Source: Octopus vulgaris
Taxonomy: Eukaryota
Length of the DNA: 64,000 nucleotides
Assembly (NCBI GenBank): GCA_951406725.2
Contig: OX597815.1
Location: forward strand, 152,768,001-152,832,000
Reading direction: 5' to 3'
A program made the position numbers and the translations under genes. The notes below the pieces were generated by a model. The model was not told the origin of the DNA. It was given only the letters and a program-made list of their open reading frames with translations, and searched no databases. Position 1 is the stretch's first letter, and each line of letters starts with the position of its first letter. This document shows, one piece after another, positions 1 to 12,317 of the stretch.

Positions 1-1573
1 ATAAGAAGTTTTATCCCTGAATAACATCTGTGTAAAAAAAAGATGCATCACTGGAATTGATAATAAAAAATTTTCTTTATTTTACCAATGTAAAATAGAT
101 GACAGAGCAAAAATGTAACAGGTAACAATACAAAATATAAGATGACAATAATATTTATTGTTAAAATAGTATCAAAATGTATTTTTGACTCTAAATGATC
201 AATCAGGACACCACATATGTATGTGTATTTTGTTGCACCCCTTGGTTGATTTCTTAGCACACACCGGTTGAGAACCTGTGGTCTACACAAAGCTCTAAAC
301 TCACTAGTAACAATCATACAGCTAACTGTAGACACAGGGAATACTGTGCGCACACACACACACATGATAGGTTTCCTACAGATTCCATCTGTTAATTCCA
401 TTCACAAAACATTTCTAGCGGGAGATTATAGTAGAAGATACCTACCTCCAGCACCACACAGTAGGGACTAACTTGAAGCCATATGGCTGTGAAGCAATTT
501 TCTTCATTTAATGGTCATGCTAAGAATTTCAGTTTTAATCATTTTTAGAGACATGTGGGCAGTAGCTGACATGACATTGCTGTTTTATGGATGAGCAGCT
601 CTTATAAAAAGCAGTATAAGAAAAAGTGTGTGGGATGAAATGTGAATATGAAAGGTAGGAATGATAAGGGTACTGCTATCAATGTTTTTGTTATTGCTAT
701 ACCTGCCTTTCTCCAGTATTGAATCAGATGCTTGGATTTATGCAGTTGATTAAACACTTTCTCCAAAATCCTCCAAGGTGAATTTAAAGAGTGATATTAT
801 TTTCATCGTTAACTAGAAAATAGTTAACAAAAGGACATGGTGAATAAACTCAGACAAGTGTTATTAGTGAGATTTCTTGATTTCCTCTAGCAGGAAATTA
901 GTGCCACTTATAAAGATTCATACTAAAATAAACCATATTTGATAGCATACAAGACACTTTTTTAGCAAGAAAATGTCTCAAGAATATCACTTGGGGTCCT
1001 TTGTACAAAGTTGGGTTTATATTACATACTTTAATGCACTAAAAACTTTTTATCCTGGATATCTGCTGCTGGAATTAGGGTGCATCTGCTATTCCTGTGC
1101 AGCCATTGTGCCATCAAATGCTGTAGTTTTTCTTTTTTTTTTCTTTTCTTTTCCTTTTTTTTTACATTTTATATATCACCAGAAATTACTATTCTTTGGT
1201 GTCTTTATCAAATGTTACTTCTAGTCATCCTACAACAACAAGGAAAGGCAGGAAGTTATCTATCTAGGGTTGGAGGTAGCTTTTACTAGGTCGCTCAGTT
1301 TGCTAGAAATAGCAACCAAGTCTACTTTAAGTCTCCCCCTCATACATACACTCCCATCTTGAAAAATGAAATATGCTCTTGCATGTATTCCTAAGTTCTC
1401 TGCAGATTAAAAAAAAATTGGTCTGGTTACAACTGGAATACTTTTGATCAAATCATAAGTCTGCTTGATCTGGACTGACCCTGGGTTAAACAAATGAATA
1501 ACATTTAGTTATTTAAAAAAAAAATTTTTCTTTTATTTTCTGTTTCACTAAAAATGTTGCTATTTTGTTGCAG

Positions 1574-1676
1574 TTGTCCGAATTGGAAGCAGAGAAACAG
1601 AAAAAGAGAACTGACAAAAAATCTCAACTAGACGAGCTTAATCTTCTATTCAAGCCTATCCAACCTGCACTCAAAG
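1574..1676 (+). CDS. ZC3H15: Zinc finger CCCH domain-containing protein 15, internal coding exon (first visible)
   Basis: ttgcag|...|gtcagt; LSELEAEKQKKRTDKKSQLDELNLLFKPIQPALK(G), matching the ELNxLFKP motif before ZnF1; 103 nt, ends in phase 1. Confidence 0.9.
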
Positions 1677-2277
1677 GTCAGTAACATCTCTTTGAAGGTT
1701 ATAAGTTTTGTGGTGGTGAGCCTATGTGAAGGATTCAGTTGAATTATCTACTCCAGAATGAATGTGTAAATGGCTGTGCATTCCACAGACACATGCACCT
1801 TTAATATAATTCTCAGATAGAACAGGTGTGGACATGGCTGTGTGGTTAAGAAGCTTGCTTACTGAGCACATGGTTTTGGGTTCAGCCCCACTGCGTGGTA
1901 CCTTGAACAAGTATCTTCTACTATAGCTCCAGGCCAAACAAAGATTTGTGAGTGGATTTGATGGGCAGAAACTAAAATAAGTCCATTGTGTGTGTGTGTG
2001 TGTGTTGTCATTATCATCATTTTAATGTCTACTCACTTTTCCATGTTTGCATGGGTCAGTTTGTTGAGGCTGATTATCTATAGCTGGATGCTCTTCCTAT
2101 TGCCAACCCTTACCTGTTTCCATGCAAGGTAATATTTTCCTTATGGCCAGGAAACACAAGCATACACACTCACACATGCGTGTTCCTGTTAATGATATTT
2201 CTTTGATTGCTGATGAGATTCTTACTTAACCTTGATTGCTGTTGTTTGGTATAATGGTTTTTCTTAATTCTTTCTAG

Positions 2278-2418
2278 GTGCTGATCCCAAGTCTGTATTA
2301 TGTGTATTTTTCAAACAAGGCCTTTGTACAAAAGGAGATAAATGTAAATTTTCCCATGATTTAGCCATCGAGCGGAAAGGAGCCAAAAAAAATATCTATG
2401 AAGATACTCGTGAAGGAG
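2278..2418 (+). CDS. ZC3H15: ZC3H15 exon, CCCH finger 1
   Basis: ttctag|...|gtaaaa; [47 protein letters not shown] (C-x7-C-x5-C-x3-H). Confidence 0.95.
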
Positions 2419-3095
2419 GTAAAAACCATCTTTTCTTATTTACCCGATACCAAAAAATGTTTATTATTGTTCTTGTTTTGAGATCTATTAATATAATTAC
2501 CATTATTTTATCTGGCATATAAGTTGCACTCTACACAGGATGCACTCTTATTTTACTGGTAAGTTTGTGGAGAAAAGCAAATTAAAAGATATCTTCAAGT
2601 GGTTTTGATGAGGGGCTAAATGTATGATTCTGTGCATACAAATACAATATTTTGGTGGTATACTGGAATAAAGTATGAAACCATAAATTTATCAAATAAA
2701 CTGTTATGGGAGCACCATATTTCAACTTCATTTTCTCTTAGATCTACTGTATAATTGTATATGTTTGGGTCAAGAGAATGTAAAACTTGTATTTTGGTTG
2801 TAGTATGTTATGCTACTATAACCAGCTGCCAAACTGGTTTTGTTATCCACTCCTGACAAATAGTTGACAGGCAGATAAAAATTAAACATACTTTCATCTT
2901 TCTCAGAGAATTTTTCGTTGAGATAATAAAAAATGTTTCTTAAAGGTAATAATTATAAAATAAGATATTTGGTGTGGGTTATGTGTACTGAGGATAATTA
3001 TCACACAACTGCTGATGTACCATAGACAATATTTTGTAAGTTTGTTCTAACAGTCTGTGGTGATTTAACTTGTTTTCAGTATTTATTATTAGGAA

Positions 3096-3327
3096 TGGTG
3101 GCAAGCTGGTAGAATCATTAGCATACTGGGTGAAATGCTTAGCAGTATTTCGTCTACCATTGCATTCTGAGTTCAAATTCTACCGAGGTCAACTTTGCCT
3201 TCCATCCTTTCGGGGTCGATTAAATAAGTACCAGTTGCACACTGGGGGTCGATGTAATTTGACTTAATCCCTTTGTCTGTCCTTGTTTTTCCCCTTTATG
3301 TTTAGCCCCTTGTGGGCAATAAATAAA
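3096..3327 (+). mobile_element. tRNA-derived SINE family A, with TSD
   Basis: Head ggcaagctggtagaatc, B-box gagttcaaattc, core gtcaactttgccttccatcctttcggggtcgat; flanked by a 16-bp direct repeat tatttattattaggaa; many copies in the window. Confidence 0.85.
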
Positions 3328-3999
3328 TATTTATTATTAGGAAAAATTACTTAAGATAGTGGCCTTATGCTCGTCTGGCTCACTAGTATATAGTGCTCAG
3401 TCTTTCTGCTTCCTCTTTGTAATGTGGCTGCATTAGATGCAGATCAAGTCTTGGGTACATTTATAAATAAAGTGTGTTATTTAAATGCTGATAAGGTTAT
3501 TGACAGGGTGTCTCCTCTTTCCCTCTGTTTGTCTGCCTCCTTAACATCATGCACTTGAAAGGCAATAAGCTGCTATGATAACTTTTATTATCTCTGTATT
3601 TCATTAAATTACTAACAGCTTGTTTAATTAGCTAAATATTGTGTAGAAATATACACAGATGTTAAACAATGATGATGATTGTCCATATGCAAGCTATATC
3701 ATCATCACCATCATCATTTAACATCTGTTTTACATACTGGCATGGGTTGGATAGCTTGACAGGTGCTAGAAAGACCAGAGCCTGCACCAAGTTCCATTAT
3801 CTGTTTTGGCAAGGTTTCTACAGCTTGATGCCCTTCCTAACACCAACCACTTTGCAGAGTGTTACTCTGCATATATATAAACATATAATAAATATATTCA
3901 GATTTCCATGTAAATGTGTTGGGCATTGCATAAACACATTCACATCACATGCAATCAATAGTAGCTATTTCTCCACTTTAGTACAAGTTACAAAGTTTC

Positions 4000-4340
4000 T
4001 ATTTTATTTGTTTCAGTCATTTGACTGCAGCCATGCTGGAGCACCACCTTTAGTCAAGCAAATCGACCCCAGGGCTTATTCTTTCGAAGTCTAGTACTTA
4101 TTCTTGGTCTCTTTTGCCAGATCACTAAGTTATTGGGACGTAAACACATCGATGTTGAGGGGACAAACACACACACATATATATGATGGGCTTTTAGTTT
4201 CCGTCTACTAAATCCACTCACAAGACTTTGGTCAGCTCAAGGCCATCATAGAAGACACTTGCCCAATGTGCCATGCAATGGGACTGAACCCAGAACTATG
4301 TGATTGGTAAGCAAGCTTCTTAGCACAGCCACTCCTACAC
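4000..4340 (-). mobile_element. tRNA-derived SINE family B (internal microsatellite)
   Basis: Reverse complement of the family seen at 11513-11857 (ggagtggctgtg...gggttcagtccc...gactgaaac). Confidence 0.75.
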
Positions 4341-4507
4341 CTGTATATTTATTATATGAAGTCATAAATACAATACATCAATCTGATATGGGTTTGGCAA
4401 GTCATAAACACCTAACAGTTAATAAAATTGATGTGGAGATGGTTAGAAGTAATCCTCAGATCCAGAAATGTTATGTCTGATGACTATTTGTTTGTGATAT
4501 ATTACAG

Positions 4508-4599
4508 AGACTATGAATGATTGGGACCAGCAGAAGCTGGAAGAAGTTGTTGATCAGAAACATGGAGAAAGTAACAAAGCTAAGCCAAAAACTTCTATT
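4508..4599 (+). CDS. ZC3H15: ZC3H15 exon
   Basis: ttacag|...|gtaagt; (E)TMNDWDQQKLEEVVDQKHGESNKAKPKTSI; phase fits both neighbours. Confidence 0.93.
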
Positions 4600-4717
4600 G
4601 TAAGTATCTTTTACTTGTTTCAGTCATTGGGGTGTGGCCCTGCTGGGGCACCACTTCGAAGGGTCTCTGTTACTAAATTATAGGATGTAAACAAACCAAC
4701 ACTGATTGTCAGTGTGT

Positions 4718-4781
<64 letters not shown>

Positions 4782-6102
4782 GGTACATCTTAGATGTACC
4801 CAGTGTAAGCTATGGGCACATAAGAGGTGCAGCAATATCAAAGGAGGGCTAACCGGGAAGATAGGTTTTGTATGTGGCAGATGCTTGGGAGGAATAAATA
4901 ACACTGAAAATGTGCAGAGAACAACTTCCGCCACATTCCAGGGAGAAAATCTAGAAGTAGTTGATAGCTTCCATTACCTAGGTAACCAAGTCAGTATTGT
5001 GGGAGGGTGCGCTGAAAGTGTAGCTGCTAGAATAAGAATAGCCTGGGCTAAGTTTAGAGAGCTATTACATCTGCTGGTGACAAAGGGCCTCTCGCTCAGA
5101 GTAAAAGGTAGACTGTATGACGCATATGTACAAACAGCCATGCTACCTGGCAGTGAAACATGGGCCATGACTGCTGAGGACATGCGTAAGCTTGCAAGGA
5201 ATAAAGCCAGTATGCTCCGCTGGATGCGTCAGTGTGCATACTTGACAGTGTCAGTGCTTTGAGAGAAAAGTTGGACCTAAGAAGCATTATATGTGATGTG
5301 CAAGAGAGACGACTGCGCTGGTATGGTCATGTGGCAAGAATGAATGTGAATAGCTGTGTGAAAAAGTGCCACACCCTAGCAGTTTTGGGAACCTGTAGAA
5401 GAGGTAGATCCAGGAATACCTGGGATGAGATGGTGAAGCATGACCTTTGAACATTGGGCCTCACCGAGGAAATGACCAGGTCCTTTGGAAATATGCTGTG
5501 CTTTAGAAGACTCGGCAAGCACAAGTGAGACCATAACCTTGTGGCCTATGCGAGGGGTATAACCAGTCCACTTATGTGTACCTTTCCTTCATTGGACACT
5601 AAACTCTGCTTGCGAAGACCTGTTGAGGCAAGTGAAATCGAAATCAAATGCAATGACTGGCATCCGTGCTAGTGGAGCGCTAAGAGTACCATATGAGTGA
5701 GATCGTTTCCAGAGCAACAAGCTAGCCTCCATACCAATGGCACGTAAAAAAATACCATTCGAGCATGATCGTTACCTGCATCACCTTACTGGCACGTGAA
5801 AAAAACATTCGAATGAGGTCGTTGCCAGCGCAATTGGAGTGACTCCTGTGCAGGTGGCACATAAAAAAACACCATTTGAGCGTGGCCGTTGGCAGTACCG
5901 CCTGACTGGCTCTCAAGCTGGTGGCACGTAAAAGCACCCACTACGATTGGAGTGGTTGGTGTTAGGAAGGGCATCCAGCTGTAGAAACTCTTCTAGATCA
6001 GACTGGAGTCTGGTGCAACCATCTTGTTCGCCAGACCTCAGTCAAATCGTCCAACGCATGCTAGCATGGAAAGTGGACGTTAAACGATGATGATGATAAT
6101 GA
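4782..6102 (+). mobile_element. 5'-truncated RTE-clade LINE (PHD-like finger, RT C-terminus, repetitive 3'UTR, (GAT)n tail)
   Basis: CTQCKLWAHKRC...FVCGRC, LEVVDSFHYLG, GSETWAMT, RRLRWYGHVARM, RGRSRNTW; frameshifted; tail ggacgttaaacgatgatgat. Confidence 0.88.
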
Positions 6103-6780
6103 TTATATATAATCAGTCAATATCATTAACATCTGTTCCATACAGCCTTGGGTAGGATGGTTTGACAAGGAACCAGTGGCTCCAAGAAATGCATCATGCT
6201 CCAGTGTCTGCTTTGGTGTAGGTTTTATGGCTAGATACCCTTCCAAATGCCAACCACATTGTTGTGCGTGTATGTGTACACACACTTCTACACAATGGGT
6301 TTCCACACATGGCTTACATTATCTACAGTTGAATGTCCTTCCTATTTGCAAACCCTCACTGGTATGGCAGTGGTGCTTAGTTATAAGCATTACCTAATGT
6401 CTAGTCAAAGGTACACATTCACACACCCATGCACATATATTACACCTGGCGGGCTTCTTTCAGTTTCTGTCTACCAGACCTGCTCACAAGGCTTTGGTTG
6501 CTCAGGGCTATTGTAGGAAACACTTACCCAAGGTTTGAACAGTGAGACCGAGCCCAAGACTACCTGGATGGGTCCCCACTTTGCAGCAGTTGTATAAATT
6601 ATTAAAGATATGTGGAGAAACAACAAACCTGTTTCTGAGTCATTTACAGAATGTGACACCTGACCCTTAAATGCTATATTATGACGTATATTCAATATTT
6701 TTATTTTACAGTAAACTTCTTCAACACTGTTACATCAATATGTACACATGTTTAAATGCTTGTATATAATTGTTTTTCAG

Positions 6781-6886
6781 ATTTGCAGATACTTTTTAGA
6801 TGCTGTTGAGAACAGCAAATACGGTTGGTTTTGGGATTGTCCAAATGGCAACGATAAATGTATATATCGACATTGTTTACCAGCAG
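6781..6886 (+). CDS. ZC3H15: ZC3H15 exon, CCCH finger 2
   Basis: tttcag|...|gtatgt; [35 protein letters not shown], with the hallmark KYGWFWxCP. Confidence 0.95.
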
Positions 6887-7713
6887 GTATGTATATAAGT
6901 CCTATTATATTTGACATGTATATTTATAAATTAGTGTGGGAAGTGTGATATGCTTTTAAACTGGTGTCATTTAGCTACTGTTGTTCATCTCTGTTTGAAC
7001 AAACATTTGTCCATTGTGTCCTGTGCTTTTTGCTTTCTTTTTTTCTTTTAAATGGTGTTTTTAAAGGAAGTTTTGTTTGGAAAGGTTGCAAGACACAATG
7101 AAAATTTTTAGAAAAATAAATAAAGAAATGAGGGGAAATTTTACTGGTGAGTGTGTTTAAATTATGAGGCACTGAAAGAGAATGACTCTCCCCAGACAAC
7201 AGAATATTAAAGGAAGATTTGGTTACTATTTCCTGCAGGCTAAACATTTGCATAGAAGCATTCTCATTGGCTCATCAACTAATGATGATGAAGCAGATGG
7301 CGAAAACAATTATTAATCATGTAAAAAAATATCACTATTGAAACTACAGTACCATCAATAGCATTTACCTGTGCAGAGGTCATTACAGCATATTGAAGCA
7401 TTCATTCATATTTTTACATGAACATAGCTGAGTGTGGGATTCATGTATTATTAAAGAACATTGAAGAGCAGACAAAATACCTTGTAGATATGTTTTCTCT
7501 GCAGTTATGAATTGAAAACCTGCCAAGGCTGGCACTTTACCTTCCATCTTTCTAGTGCTCTTGTACCAATGTTAGGAATTATGTCATTTGTTGTTGTTAT
7601 CTTACATTATATACAAGATTTCCTGTAAATTTTCTGCAATTCATTTCTTTATTTAAATTTCACAATTTTTTCATACTATATGACAAATTCTATTTTTTAT
7701 ATAATTTCTGAAG

Positions 7714-7790
7714 GATTTATATTGAAAAAAGACCAAAAATTGTTAGAAAAGAAAGATGAAATTTCTCTTGAAGAATTAATTGAGAAAGAA
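7714..7790 (+). CDS. ZC3H15: ZC3H15 exon
   Basis: ctgaag|...|gtgagt; (G)FILKKDQKLLEKKDEISLEELIEKE. Confidence 0.92.
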
Positions 7791-8200
7791 GTGAGTAGAA
7801 ACTTCTATTTACTATGTATCCTAAATATATCGTCTATTTTAGCTTCACAGTTCTATATTTAGGAGATGAGGAATTCTGTACATCATTTACATTCGATGGA
7901 TATTTGTCCTCATCTTGTTTGTTGTCAACACGTCTCAGTTGATATACCCTCCAGCCTTCTTCTGGTGTCTTGGGGAAATTTTGAACCTGGATTCTCATAC
8001 CTAAGGTATTTTTCGATATTATTATTGTTCAAGTCACTGCTTGGAATTGAACTCGGAATCTTGGGGTTAGTAGCCCACGCTCTTAACCACTATGCCATAT
8101 ACCTGTATTTTAGCTTTGCCTATAGTTTTTGTACATATGATTTTATATGTATATGATGATGATATATAAATATTTAGTGGAATGTTAATAGCACATCTGA

Positions 8201-8785
8201 ATGTGGGGTGTAACCAACCCGCTTATGAGTACCCCTCATTCATTGGAAAATGAACTTTGCTTGCAAAGACCTATTGAGGCAAGTGAAAACAAATCAAAAT
8301 CACTGACATGGCTGATGACAGTACTGCCTGATTGGCTCTCCTGCCAGTGGAACGTTAAAAGCACATCCGAACGTGATCATTGTCAGGGCCTTGGATTGGC
8401 TCCTGTGTTGGTGACACGTGAAAAGCACCATTCAAGTGTGATCGTTGAGAGCTTCGCCTTGCTGGCGCATGTGCCAGTGGCACGTGAAAAACAACATTCG
8501 AGCATGGTCGTTGCCAGTTCTGCTGGACTGGCTCCTGTGCATGTAGCACATAAAAAAAACACCTTTCGAGCATGGTCGATGCCAGAACCACCTGACTGAC
8601 CCTCGTGCCGGTGGCACGTAAAAGCACCCACTGCACTCTCGGTTGGCGTTAGGAAGGGCATCCAGCTGTAGAAACTTTACTAGATCAGATTGAGTCTGGT
8701 GTAGCCTCTGGCTCAACAATTCTCTGTCAAACCGTCCAACCCATGCCAGCATGGAATGTGGATGTTAAACGATGATGATGATGAT
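8201..8785 (+). mobile_element. RTE LINE 3'UTR fragment
   Basis: Homologous to 5560-6100; ends ttaaacgatgatgatgatgat. Confidence 0.8.
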
Positions 8786-8881
8786 TATCTGGACTGTATT
8801 TTATTAGCTTTGTTACAGACTTGTTTAAGCTTCTTTTTCAGTTTGAACTGATATCTCTATTTGTTCTGCTTTATTTTACAG

Positions 8882-8950
8882 AGAGCAGCTCTTGTTCATA
8901 CAGGAACAAAAATCACTTTGCAGACTTTCTTGGAATGGAAGGAGCGAAAG
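8882..8950 (+). CDS. ZC3H15: ZC3H15 exon (DFRP region)
   Basis: ttacag|...|gtaacc; RAALVHTGTKITLQTFLEWKERK. Confidence 0.92.
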
Positions 8951-11148
8951 GTAACCTGCAACTTTCTTTAACCAGATACCAGATTTTGCTCTACCTAACT
9001 CTCCTGTCCCCTGCTTCTCTCCATTTTCCACATGTTAACATACCCAGCTATAACCTAATGCAGTGGTTCTCACTCACAAATACCTAGCTCCTCCAAAAAG
9101 TATGTCATGGAATTTTTTTTGCTTCTTCCCCACCAACTTTTACTTTTAATAAAATGGTAAAATATAGTCAGCATCCATATAATTTTTTTTTTCTTTCTTT
9201 GCTGTAGTGTTGGGCAAGTTTTAAAAGATTAAATCTTTCTTAATTTTGTCAAACTCAACAATTTGTCCACCTTCCTCCTCTTTTTGCAGCTGTCCCTTTG
9301 TCTTTCCCCTTTCTCACTCTCACAGCCTTTCCTGTCCCCATGAGAAGCATCTGACCTAATGCATAACATGCAAGTAGTATGTAGATGTTCTATGTGATGA
9401 AGTAATACTCTGCTTGAAACATTTCTTCTGGCGTTCTGGGTTCAAATTCCACTACAGTCAACTTTGCCTTTCGTTCTTTTGGGGTTGATTAAATAAGTAC
9501 GAATTGAGCACTGGTGTTGATGTAATCAACTTCACCCACTTCTCAAGACTGCTGACCTTGTGCCAAAATTAGAAAGGATTATGTATTTCTTTTCCTAGCA
9601 ACTTGACTGTTGTCAGCTCCTATCACAGCAACCCTCCTCAAATTCTAGTGATTATATTTAATTTCATTCATTAAATAATTCCGAAGGAGTTTACTCCTTG
9701 TCCTATCTGTAGAAAACAGCTCGATATCACTTGATGCATACAAAGTGAATAATGTAACTGTTTACAGTTTTATATTTCCTTCACTGTTGTAATATATATG
9801 AGTGATTCCAAAATATTGGTGTGTCCACTGACAAAACAGACAGATTGTAATAGATAGAGGTGAAGTTGGCTCTGCAAGCACAAAATAAACCCAGCACATT
9901 TATGAGTGCAGTGACTCAGAAGTAACACAGATTCTCCAGTTTGTCCTGGTACAGACAAACTCTCTTGTGTTAATGGCATGATAAAATACGTTCAGTTCAT
10001 GCTTTAAAGTGATCAGTGACTGGAAGGATATCAAGCTGTAAAAACCATGTCATATACAAACGACAACACAGATCATTCTCACCCTCCCTTCTAAATGGAA
10101 CCATGTAGCTCCTCTATGGCAAGAACCTGCTTGCCCCACTCATCCTTCTTTCATATTTTAACCCTTCGTCTTCTTGCATAAAGCCCTACCCCAACCACAG
10201 GTTTTGTAGTCTTAGGAGCTGCATGGTGACCTCATTAGTGTTGGCAGCACAAAAAAAAAGTACCCAGTACATGTTGTAAAGTGGTTTGCATTATGAAGGG
10301 CATCCAACTGTAGAAACTATGCCAAAACAGACACTAGTGCAGTCTTTGGATCCATCAGACTCTGTCAAACCATCTAACCCATGCCAGAATATAACATGGA
10401 TGTTGAATAATGATGATGAGAAGGAGGAGGATTGTCACAATTTGTAAGATACTGTGATGAATGAGGAGTCTATAGATTGTCCGTACTATAAAATCACATT
10501 TACAAAAAAGTGTTTTAGACAGAGGCCATAGAATTCTTTAAATAATTTTCTGCATTAAAAGGTTAATATCCCACCTGAGAAGTGTAGAAACTAGCACTGT
10601 TATTTCGTTGAATTTGCATATTGTTTAGGCATCTTTGTTTCTGGTTAGAAACCCTTTCACCACTGTGAAGTGAGAAGGGAACTTGTTTGTCAGCCAAACC
10701 GTCTAAAGCAAGCAGAATTTTTGGCATAATAACTACCATAGTTATCTTTATCATTTTTCTCTCAATACAACCATATTTTTAGGCATGAACATTATTTTCA
10801 ATATATTTACAGGTTCTATGATTTGTTTCATGTCTCCCATCATCTAGTGTGTTATTCTTGGATATGCACATTGCTCTGAGTTGGACTTGAACCTGTTCAG
10901 AAACAGTTATAGTGTTTTTGTCAGTGTCTTTGCCAGTCATTGATGATGGATAGTCTTGGTTATTTATATATGTTAAGTAGAAGACGCGTGCCCAAGGTGC
11001 TGTTCGTTGGGATCGAACCTGAAACCATATGTGATTGGGAGGCAAGCTATATTCCTCTGCCTAATTAATTACAATTGAGTAAAAAAATTTGTTTTATTTT
11101 ATTAGGCTTTTTTCAATTTAATTAATTTCTCTTTATTTTATCCAACAG

Positions 11149-11226
11149 AAAAAACAGAAAATTGCTGCTTTTAACCAGGAAACAGAAAAGAAGAAAGCGG
11201 AATTTAAAGCTGGACGTACAGTTGGA
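11149..11226 (+). CDS. ZC3H15: ZC3H15 exon (DFRP region)
   Basis: caacag|...|gtaagt; KKQKIAAFNQETEKKKAEFKAGRTVG. Confidence 0.88.
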
Positions 11227-11346
11227 GTAAGTCTCTTGAGAATATTCTTCAGAATATTTTTGGAAATAGGGTGATATTTACTTTACTCTGTGCATATGCT
11301 TACACTTGTTTGTTTTTGTTAACTTTTTATGTTTCTTTCTTTCCAG

Positions 11347-11454
11347 ATTAGTGGTCGAGAAATGTTTGAGTTCAATCCTGACCTAATTACCCAAGATGAT
11401 GAAGGAGCTGCTGATTTTGATTACAGTCAGGAGACATCTGATGAGGAAAGTGAG
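11347..11454 (+). CDS. ZC3H15: ZC3H15 exon (DFRP region)
   Basis: ttccag|...|gtatgt; ISGREMFEFNPDLITQDDEGAADFDYSQETSDEESE, conserved SGRE-F-F-P. Confidence 0.93.
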
Positions 11455-11512
11455 GTATGTACGATGAAGCCAAGTATTTTATTAGTTTCTCTATCATACT
11501 TATACACAGTTT

Positions 11513-11857
11513 AGGAGTGGCTGTGTGGTAAGTAGCTTGCTTCCCAACCGCATGGTGCTGGGTTCAGTCCAACTGCATGGAACCTTGTGCAAGTGTCTTC
11601 TACTATAGCCTCAGGCCAACCAAAGCCTTGTGCGTGGATTTGGTAGACGGAAATTGGAAGAAGCTTGTTTGTCCCCCCACTATTGCTTGACAACCAATGT
11701 TGGTGTGTTATCTCCGTAACTTAGCGGTTCAGCAAAAGAGACCGATAGAATAAGTACTAGGCTTACAAAGAATAAGTCCTGGGGTCAATTTGCTCGACTA
11801 AAGGCAGTGCTCCAACATGGCCGCAGTCAAATGACTGAAATAAATAGAGTAACAGAA
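11513..11857 (+). mobile_element. tRNA-derived SINE family B
   Basis: A-box tggctgtgtgg, B-box gggttcagtcc, tail gcggttcagcaaaagagaccgatagaataagtactagg...gactgaaa; other copies at about 1823, 16568, 18484 and 32735-33270. Confidence 0.8.
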
Positions 11858-12244
11858 TATATATATGGTGTGAGGAGTATTTGAGGACAATTTACTGGTT
11901 AACCAAACTGGTTAAAAGGATTTTATTTCTTTCAAATCCCTCATATTGGGTGAAATGCTAACACAAGAATTGTAAAGACCTGCGGTCATTGTTGCTACAT
12001 TTGGTTTTTGCTAGAGTTATTTTATCAAATTACCAAAAATGTCAACAAATACCTGTCATAATTGTGTGTGTATCTATGTACACACTCACACATATACACA
12101 CGTGTGTGTCTACATAATTTGAATTTAGAAACTGAGAGATGTGAAATAAATTGTTTTCAATGGTGGAGCTTGAAGTAGATAATGCTATAAATTATAGCAT
12201 GTAGAATATTAGGTTAAAAAACCCCTTGGATGGAAAATAACCAA

Positions 12245-12317
12245 TGGCTCCCTGTGGGAATCAAACCCACATCTTCTGTGAACATGACAGATGTTCTACC
12301 ATAATACCAAAGCAACC
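12245..12317 (-). pseudogene. Degenerate tRNA-like sequence
   Basis: 73 nt; A-box TGGTATTATGG, T-arm GTGGG-TTTGATT-CCCAC, anticodon stem TCTGT/ACAGA, imperfect acceptor stem GGTTGCT/GGGAGCC-A, TTTT shortly downstream; non-canonical anticodon loop. Confidence 0.55.

Noticed and set aside
48-1289. Short ORFs at the window start
   Set aside because: They lie in a ZC3H15 intron over SINE remnants and T-rich sequence; no phase-compatible ZC3H15 exon recognised
3096-3180. SINE heads as genuine tRNA genes
   Set aside because: A and B boxes continue into SINE bodies with TSDs; no complete cloverleaf
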